From positions 23,002,001 through 23,066,000 of the forward strand of contig OZ024745.1 of assembly GCA_964016885.1 (NCBI GenBank): 64,000 bases of DNA, written 5' to 3'. The translations under genes were made by a program, and so were the position numbers. Source of the DNA: Eledone cirrhosa. Lineage: Eukaryota. The notes under the pieces are model-generated. The model saw only the letters and a program-made list of their open reading frames with translations, had not been told where the DNA came from and ran no database searches. The first letter of the stretch is position 1, and the number at the start of each line of letters is the position of its first letter. This document shows, in pieces, positions 55,582 to 64,000 of this stretch.

Positions 55582-56067
55582 TCCCCTCTCTCTCTTTCTC
55601 TTTCACCCTCTTTGTGATGTAAACAACTAATGTTTTCTATAGTACTTTCCGAGTAGTACTTTCCGAGTCTTTTACCTCAACGACATTTTTTCTCCTTTAA
55701 TTCCCCGTCGTACTATCTTTCAATCTCAACCTATCTCCTTTATCATCTCTTTCTTTTAGGTTCCATAATATAAATTTAAGAATGAATTCTGAGAATATTT
55801 AAACTTAAAGGTACAAGTATATCTTCTCCCTCTTTGTCTTGCTTTTTTCCTTCATCTCGTTCTCTTTTGCTTTCCTTCTATTCTCCTTATTTCCTTTCTT
55901 AATATTTTACAATAATTGAATCAGCCTCCCATGCTATCCTTAATCATCTATTTATCTGTTTCATCTGATTTTCATTTTTAATTTAATTTTATTTTAATTC
56001 ATTTTTCGTTTTAGTTTTATTATTCCACCCGCAACTAAATAAAAGCTTTCCTATTATTATTAATAAC

Positions 56068-56500
56068 GAGGGCGGTGGATTGGCAGAATCTGTAGAGCGT
56101 CGGACAAAATGCCATGCAATATTTAGTTATGGCTCTTTAGGTTCTGAGTTCAAATCATATTAGCTTTACCTTTCATCCTTACAGGGATGATAAAATAAAG
56201 TACCAGTAATGCACTGAAGTCAATTTATTCGACTTTCCCCTCCTCCCAGATTTGTTGGCTTTGTGCCTACATCAGAAACCATTATTATCATGCAGGGCAG
56301 TGGATTAGCAGGATCGGTAGAACACTGGACAAATTGGTGTGTGGTATAGAGTTACATCCGTTTACGTTCTGAGCTTAAATCCCGCCGAGGTTAGCTTTGC
56401 CTTTCATCCTTACATGGTCGATAAATTCAAGTACCAGTAACGCACTCGGGTCGACTGTCCCCTCCTCCAAAACTGCTGACCTTGTGCCTAAATCAGAAAC
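56068..56500 (+). mobile_element. Two diverged SINE copies
   Basis: Family motifs. Confidence 0.8.
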
Positions 56501-56538
56501 AGAACACATATTATTATTCACCTGTTTCATTCCTCAAT

Positions 56539-56572
<34 letters not shown>

Positions 56573-56619
56573 AGTTGAAAAGAACAAACACAGTTGTATT
56601 AGGTTCACGCATATATATA

Positions 56620-56850
56620 TATAATTACAAAAATTGTGTGACATAACCAGGTACTTAAATTTCGTTGGCTTCTGGACCCCAACTCATTCAGCCTGTCATA
56701 AGGTTATGACAAGCTGAATGAGTTGGGATCCAGAACCCAGCGAAACTTAAGCACCTGTTTATTTCACTTTTGTAATTATCTATACTAAACTAATCCTATG
56801 GACTGGGTGCTCTTACCCTTGGATATTTCTACCAAACATTTACTACAGTA
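56620..56850. mobile_element. Fold-back with paired HHRs having a CUGAAUGA core (56648-56697 on -, 56710-56757 on +)
   Basis: cagg-CTGAATGA-GTTGG..CCAAC-GAAAT ttaa GTA-cctg; centre GTCATAAGGTTATGAC. Confidence 0.7.
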
Positions 56851-56859
56851 TATATATAC

Positions 56860-57720
56860 AACTAATTGACAAGCACTTCCCTAAACTTCACAAATGCCAT
56901 AAAATCTTTAACAGAAAAACTATCAAACTGTCTTACTCTACTGCAGCCAACATAGAATCACACATACATAAAATTAACTATAGAAGAATCTCTAATGAAA
57001 ATAACCTACAAACAAACACCATAACACCAAATACAAAACACAAACACATAACAACATCACAACCACACATACGTCAGAACGCATCACAACAAAACATCAA
57101 CAAACCCAAATTTCAGCCCATACATAACAACATACAAAACCTCAACGGAGAACCTGCAAACAGGAAGGCTTCCAAATGTGACTGCCACTTACCGGATAAG
57201 TGCACACTACAAAATAAATGTCTGGAATCAAATATAGTGTACCTGTGTACTATAATCGGGCAACTTAGCATGGTACTACATAGGTTCTACGGCTGAGGAG
57301 TAAAAAAAAAGATGGTACGTCCACAGACATTCTATGAAGAACCGTAGACTAGTGAACACAACAACGCTGGCCAATAAAATCTGGCAGCTTAAGGATACAA
57401 ACCAAGAATACAGGATTAGCTGGTCGAAATTATCGGGAGCAAAGGCCTACAAAAATGGAATGTCCCACTGCGGACTTTGCAATATGGAGTTGTTCCATAT
57501 TTTAAAGTATGACAAAATGCTGCTTAACAGCAAAATAGAACGGTCAATTTTCTGTAGGCACAAAGCAGCTACTAAATACGCAAATTTCAAACAAACATGA
57601 TTCGATCCAACAATCCCATAATTGAAGCTGAACCACTTAGAGTCTATTATAATAACCCACTATTATTAACTGTCAATAGACCAACTAATCACTAAATCCA
57701 CATCATAATCTCCTAACCTT
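56860..57720 (+). pseudogene. PLE C-terminal fragment (linker + GIY-YIG), frameshifted
   Basis: LIDKHFP..KIFNRKTIKLSYS, CDC..KCTLQNKCLESNIVY, YYIGST, TTLANKIWQLKD..W..AY..CGLCNME..LLNSK.E..CRH. Confidence 0.85.
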
Positions 57721-57744
57721 TCTTTCACTCTCTATCCCTAAAAC

Positions 57745-58110
57745 TATGTATCTCCCTGGAGCACTCCAGCCAGTATCTCAAAGAACTCTGTCATCCCATC
57801 AGGTGTAATGACTTGGGCTTTGGTGTTGGTGTAGAGCAGTGATATCAGGTCCACTATCTTCTTGGGGATTCCATAAGCCTGTAAGATCTTCATCAGACAG
57901 TGATGGTCCACAGAATCAAAGGCCTTCCTAAAGTCAATGAAAACCATGACCGCAGGAAGGCACTTTGCCCTAGCTCCCTCTAATATCCTCCTCGACATCA
58001 GGATGCGACTGGTGGTTGATCTTCCCTCTCTGAAGCCGTTCTGGTTGTCCCTGGTTGTCCCTGAGCTTCTTCTCCATCTCAGGCTGGATCCTGTTAAGAA
58101 TCATCCTGTA
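57745..58110 (-). pseudogene. RTE-group reverse transcriptase fragment
   Basis: MILNRIQP..LRDNQ(N)GFREGRST, FIDFRKAFDSVDH..L.AYGIP, GVLQGDT; a 10-bp duplication CTGGTTGTCC shifts the frame. Confidence 0.85.
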
Positions 58111-59038
58111 TATATATATATATATATTTAATACATTAACAGAGAAAGCCTTAAGCGATACTCTGACCAACTCCATCTCACTCAACAAACATTAGGATAT
58201 ACCTAAGTATATTCCCAATTTAGTGTTTGGGGTGCTAACTAATCAGTATTTCGTGGATAGCTGGTTGTATTATTTTATATGAGACATTATTAAATAAATA
58301 TCTCTTTCCTTCCAGACGGCCGTTTCGTTATAAGATTTCTACAATTTGGGATAAATAATTTCCAGGTTATGTAGAAACTTGTATATAATCCATAGTCTTA
58401 TACACACACACACACACATATATATATATAGGCTGTTTTATAGCATCGCGAGCACGAACATGAGTGCACCACTCTTTATATATTATCCTAACGACGAAAA
58501 CTACTCCTACCACCAAAACCGTCATTACCACCACAACTAAAACCATTGTTACCATCACAACAACATCAATAACCACCGCCACCACACCACCAACGACTGG
58601 CACCATCATACCAATATCACCACCATCACTACCACCACCACCTCCACCACTACAATGACTACCACCCATCACATCTACCCACCTACATACCTCGTTATTT
58701 CAATGTTTCATTAATTACTTTATCGTCCCAATTACTGGCACTTTCTCACTTGAAACTAATTCTGATTACCACCATCACCACCACCACCATCGCAACCATC
58801 ACCACCACTCTCCTCTCTCTTTCTCTCCCACACACATACACTCTCTCTCTCTCTCATTCTCTTACTTTCTTTCTCACTCTCACCCTCTCAATCTTACTCT
58901 CTTATATACACAGACATATACACTCCTTGTTCCACCGAACATTCTTATACACACACACACACACACACAGATATATATATATATGTATGTGTGTGTGTGT
59001 GTGTGTATGCATACATGAATACATATATATATATATAT

Positions 59039-59112
<74 letters not shown>

Positions 59113-59400
59113 GAAATGGTTGTGTAGTTGCTATTTAAGGTAACTTAAAATGGAGTGGGAATAAGAAGAAAGCAAGAAGAGGGGGGTCCTCATGAGTTGT
59201 CTACTAGGGGGTCTCGGATATTTCTACGCTTTAAAGACAAGATATCTCACCCCAGGGCGTCAATAACTGGATAAGTTATTGGGAAAACGGAGGAGGGAGG
59301 GAAGGTAAGCAAAAGAGACGAAAAGAGAAAACGGTGAAAAGAGCGAAAAAAACAACAAACCGAGCAATGTGCGCGCAACTTAAGGTGTGCGTATGTGTGT

Positions 59401-59482
<82 letters not shown>

Positions 59483-59519
59483 CTGAGTGCGTGTGTCTAT
59501 GTCGGTGTCTGTGTATACA

Positions 59520-59710
59520 TGCCAGACCACTCTTGAACGCTGCTGCTAACATGTCACTCAGTACAACCTGTCACATGGCCGTGTAGTCAGCCACTAAACA
59601 GGCAACCTCAACAAACCTGCTTGGTGAGGAGGACAGTCTTTAGATACCCTGCGGGCTGAAAAAGAAAACACGTCAAAGAATGGAAGAACTCCTGAGAGTC
59701 AACGACCATT
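59520..59710 (+). mobile_element. 5' part of the RTE-derived family
   Basis: Homologous to 17205-17400. Confidence 0.7.
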
Positions 59711-59911
59711 CAATAGGTGTGTGTGTGCGTATAAAGTTTGTTTTCTTTATGTGTATTTACATCTGGGTTTCCCACCCTGGGCGATATTGACCACCAGTGG
59801 GTGATTTCAGCTGTTGGGTGGGTGATAAGCAACTGAACAGAAAATAGTGAGAGATTAGAAATTTTGGTGGGAGATTTAGGAATTTGAGGATTAAGGAAGT
59901 ATTTCAACATA

Positions 59912-59976
59912 TGTGTGTGACAGCTCACACCTATGTGTGTGTGTGTGACAGCTCACACCTATGTGTGTGTGTGTGT

Positions 59977-60048
<72 letters not shown>

Positions 60049-60132
60049 CAGCTCACACCTATGTGTGTGTGTGTGACAGCTCACACCTATGTGTGTGGTG
60101 TGTGTGTGTGTGTGTGACAGCTCATACCTATG
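59912..60132. repeat. Minisatellite GACAGCTCACACCTAT + variable (GT)n, x5
   Basis: Direct reading. Confidence 0.9.
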
Positions 60133-60880
60133 CAGGTTTAGCTGGCCTCCTCCAAGGTATATCCGGAAAAGCAATATTCAAAAGTGATACACAAAGAACC
60201 TGTTAAAAACAAAACAGGAGGCTAAATGGGAATAACGAGCTAGTAACAAACTTTTACCAAACATTTTTAGTATACTCTTGAATATTTACTATACAGGTGG
60301 GTAGTGGGAAGTTTTACAGATCAAGGTGGTTGGGAGCCCCTGATATACATAAATTATGTAAATATATATGAGAAAAAGATAATCTTACTACAAACCTGCG
60401 GAATTTCTTGTCTATGTTCATCTTGCTTTGATTTTACTTACTGCTAGTTTAAAGGGACCCAAGCCTTAAAATCCTTAGGCAGTGGTTTTTATCTTGCACA
60501 AGCCCTTCTCACTATAAAGTAGGAAGTGGAGGTGAGACTTGTGTCCTTCTACTACTGTTTCCCCACATCTCTTCTTTTAACTCTCTACTCAACCAATCAC
60601 AATTCAGGACACGGACTTCAGTAGCAGTAATCGATGTATTTCGTGAATCTGTGATAATGAAATACATCTACAGCTGAATTATAGGTGGGAGATGTCGCAA
60701 TTCTTCGGTCACCGGTGTTGCTGCGTCCTACATTGAAGTGCAGTCGGTTCCTGCTAGTTAGGATCTTTGTCTTGCCATGACAGAGAGATATCTCTATCTT
60801 CAAAGGGAAGAAGTAGGGGTGAAAATGTGGTCATACACAATAGTAAACCGACAGTCATCACACTCACACACACATATATG

Positions 60881-60943
<63 letters not shown>

Positions 60944-61041
60944 GTGAAAGAGTGAAGAATAACATGGTCGGCTGTACAAAAAGCGTTTTATTTACAGTAT
61001 TAACAATTGTTCCATTGATCAGGTGAGTCTAAAGGCCGCTA

Positions 61042-61078
<37 letters not shown>

Positions 61079-61080
<2 letters not shown>

Positions 61081-61290
61081 GAAGGAAATGTGGTAAGGAA
61101 CCAGATGGACCATAACGCACCAAAGTACACTCAATACTTAGGATAGTAGAGTGGGTAATAGGAACAATTATGACCCCGACGGCAGAGCTCAAACCGTTTC
61201 GACGGCTAATTCTGAACTCCAGAATTCTAGAGTCCAGAATTAGCCGTCGAAACGGCTTGAGCTCTGCCGTCGGGGTCATACTTGTTCCTA
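61079..61290 (-). mobile_element. Fold-back family A copy
   Basis: Arms around TAATTCTG..CAGAATTA. Confidence 0.85.
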
Positions 61291-61499
61291 TATATATATA
61301 TAATTTCAGCGAGATCGCATTTCGGCTGTGGTCAAAAACAAAGCGAAACGCAATTTTCGAGATATGCAGCAAGCACTCAATAGAGTAAAAGAAGACCAGA
61401 GCAATTAGCATACATTACAGAGGCTAGATAAACTGAAAATGGCGGTCATGGAGATATTAGCCACCGAAGCCGAAAAAACGAACCAAGCTAAACAGGTTA

Positions 61500-61641
<142 letters not shown>

Positions 61642-62065
61642 ACCGTCTGGGTGCCAGTTATATGTTTGTGTTTGTCTATGTTTGTGTGTGTATCTATGTG
61701 TATGTGAGTGTCAGTGTGAGTGTATATGTATGTGTGTGAGTATGTGTGTGTCTCTGTATGTGTGCATGTGGGTGTTTGTCTATATCTCTTCGCTTCATAT
61801 CTGTTGTTGCTAGCCCAGACAGCCATGATATTAGGTTACGTTCTGCGCCGGCTCAGTGGTTCCAAGTGCATAAGACCGCACCTTATGCATAAATGTGTAT
61901 ATGTCAGTTTGTCTCTGTGTCTGTCTGTGTGTGTATGCGTGTGTGTGTCTATGCGCGTATGTGTGTCTGAGTATGTGTCTCTCAGTGTATGTGTGTATCT
62001 ATCGAGCTAGCTACACTATCCAACTTTTTATATCTCTCTCCCAACCTATCTATCTATCTATCTAT

Positions 62066-62740
62066 CTACGAGTTCGAGACAAGATCTACAGGCACGGACT
62101 CCCCGGCAGGGATCCTTCCAAGAGGACGTGTCCAAGATGCGAGCAGGACATTGAAATCGTCCTGCACGCAAGTGTACACTGCCCGGGCGTAACCGAACTA
62201 TGCAGAACAACTGTTGTCGCTTATGGGACAAACCAAGTTGACTGCCGAGTCCATAGTAACTGCCGAGTCCATATAGTGGCTATGGTGAAAGAGGTTATAT
62301 GGTGGACGAGATTGAGAGGACTGAGGACAGATGCCTTTCTCTCCGGACAACGACTCATTCCCTTCTTTAGGTACCACTTTAGAAGGAGAATCAGAGTGGA
62401 GAGAGAGGCACTGCACCCCAGTAAATTTACTGAAAGGTGGGTGAATGAAGCGAAAATGGCCCGAGTGATTGGGCCTTCTCTGTATATAAACCTGCGGGTT
62501 GAAGAAGAGAGCAAAAGTAAGAAAGGAGCAATTGCACAACACGCTCCTGGAGTTGAGGCTTGTTTTATCGACGGGGTATTAAACAACCCATTTGTAACGC
62601 CTCCGCCCTATTGGGGATTTCGATTGTTAAATTTGTTTGTTTTAATAGGATATTTTTACACGATTGTATGTAAAATCCCCGGCATGTCTTTGTATTGTCC
62701 CCTTTCCTTGTGCGCCCTTGTGGCTAATAAAGAAATATAT
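62066..62740 (+). mobile_element. 5'-truncated L1/Tx1-type LINE 3' end in a (TCTA)n tract
   Basis: LRVRDKIYRHG..CPRC....E.VLHASVHC..KEVIWWTR C-terminal Zn motif; 3' UTR; AATAAA 62726-62731. Confidence 0.8.
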
Positions 62741-63064
62741 CTATTTCTCTATTTATCTATTTATCTATTTATCTACCTATTATCTTTCCATCTAACTAAC
62801 TATCTCTCTATCTATGTGCACATGTCTCAAGTCTCATAAACTGGAAGCGACTACTGAACCTATTCGTTATAAAATTTCAAAAGAGTGACAAGATTCCGCC
62901 ATTTTCAGACGAGTAAACTAACCGTTCTGGGTTGTTTTACCAACCTCCAGGCACCGAATGCCTTTCATTTATTATTCGAAACTTCGCTTCATTTCGTTTT
63001 CTCTAACTTTTTCATTCCACTGTATATGAGTATGTGTGTGCATGTGTATGCGTGTGTGTGTTTC

Positions 63065-63116
<52 letters not shown>

Positions 63117-63200
63117 GTTATTCCGGGTTGAATCGGAGGTAACCACAGTAAGTAAGGTACTCAATACATAGCAGAGTATAAAAGTTTTAATATAGATGAG

Positions 63201-63244
63201 ATTCTACAGGACTAGAACTGTTTCATTCTTTTAGAAATCATCAG

Positions 63245-63248
<4 letters not shown>
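63201..63248 (-). ncRNA. Canonical type I HHR
   Basis: attc-CTGATGA-tTTC taaaa GAAt-GAAACAG ttctagtc CTGTA-gaat; stems I and III pair, GUA site; stem II short. Confidence 0.75.
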
Positions 63249-63287
<39 letters not shown>

Positions 63288-63294
63288 GAAGAAG

Positions 63295-64000
63295 TTTATG
63301 AAACGGAAATGCGGGTATAAAGAATTTACTAGGTAACAATTGTTTCTATAGTGTGTGGGTTACCTATACCTCGCTATTTGTATAATATAAAAACATGTTC
63401 ATAAATCGTAGGTACACTGTAAAAGAACACACCATGTCGTCAGACCTTTATGGTAGAATGATAGGAGAATATTTTATACACTAGATATGTGAGAAAGTAG
63501 GAGGTAGGAAGGGAAGAGGAAGAGGGAAACGAGTAAGGGGGAGGTAGTCTTAGGATTCAAGACTGTCGGAGTAGTAGAGATTGTATAGAAGAAAATGTTT
63601 TGGCAGCAGTTAGCTAAATGAGGCGTGTTAGGGTTGGCGGGGGAAGTAAATTCTTCTAGTGGTGTTGTTTGGACAAAATTTAGTTAAAGGGGTCAATGTA
63701 GTACAGAATTATAGACAAGTTATTGGGGCTATTATAGTAGCAGGATATTTCTAAAGGGGTCTAAAAAACAGTGTTTAGTGCTATTATTATAAAAAGCGAT
63801 ATCGTATGTATAAACATATAAAAATATGAAATAAAAATAATAAAAATTTGCAAATGGTGGTGTAAAAAGATAACATTACATGCATTTAAAAAAAAGAAAA
63901 AGTCGTTTTTAAACGATGGTTACAGTAAAGTGAACGTTCAATTTTGCTGTTCAAAAGTTTGTTTTCCGACGTTAAAATGCAGTATATCTCCATATTGCAT
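63295..64000 (-). mobile_element. PLE 3' end running off the window, with HHR 63331-63447 (~90-nt stem II)
   Basis: Minus translation CNMEIYCIL..KLLNSKIERSLYCNHRLK (64000-63905); aggt-CTGACGA-caTGGTGTG...CACACTAta-GAAAC aatt GTT-acct. Confidence 0.8.

Noticed and set aside
59912-60132. Repeat-spacer pattern
   Set aside because: Spacers are only (GT)n of variable length
60610-60850. Coding-like unique stretch
   Set aside because: Stops in the frames examined and no recognisable motif

Overview
Repeat-dominated eukaryotic DNA with no recognisable host gene. The microsatellite density, SINE families and retroelement mix suggest an animal genome, most likely an octopus or other cephalopod (inference). 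Nearly all ORFs in the track are translations of microsatellites. Real coding remnants all come from retroelements: a young Penelope-like element (PLE; RT + GIY-YIG, 27337-31514) with a ~1.4 kb inverted copy of its own 3' end, several other PLE 3' fragments, an R4/Dong-type RT-RLE element, CR1-group, RTE and L1/Tx1 fragments, and bipartite RTE-derived non-autonomous elements. There are also about 20 tRNA-derived SINE copies, a mariner-type MITE, a probable Helitron and several satellites. The most striking signal is a dense set of type I hammerhead ribozyme (HHR) motifs: about 20 near-complete copies plus several half-motifs, from more than a dozen unrelated short families embedded in (TA)n or (CA)n tracts. 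Many of these families are fold-back palindromes centred in or beside the ribozyme, some carry non-canonical cores or very long stem II insertions, and one forms a 470-nt tandem that resembles a retrozyme. All structures were folded and all coordinates counted by eye, so boundaries are approximate.
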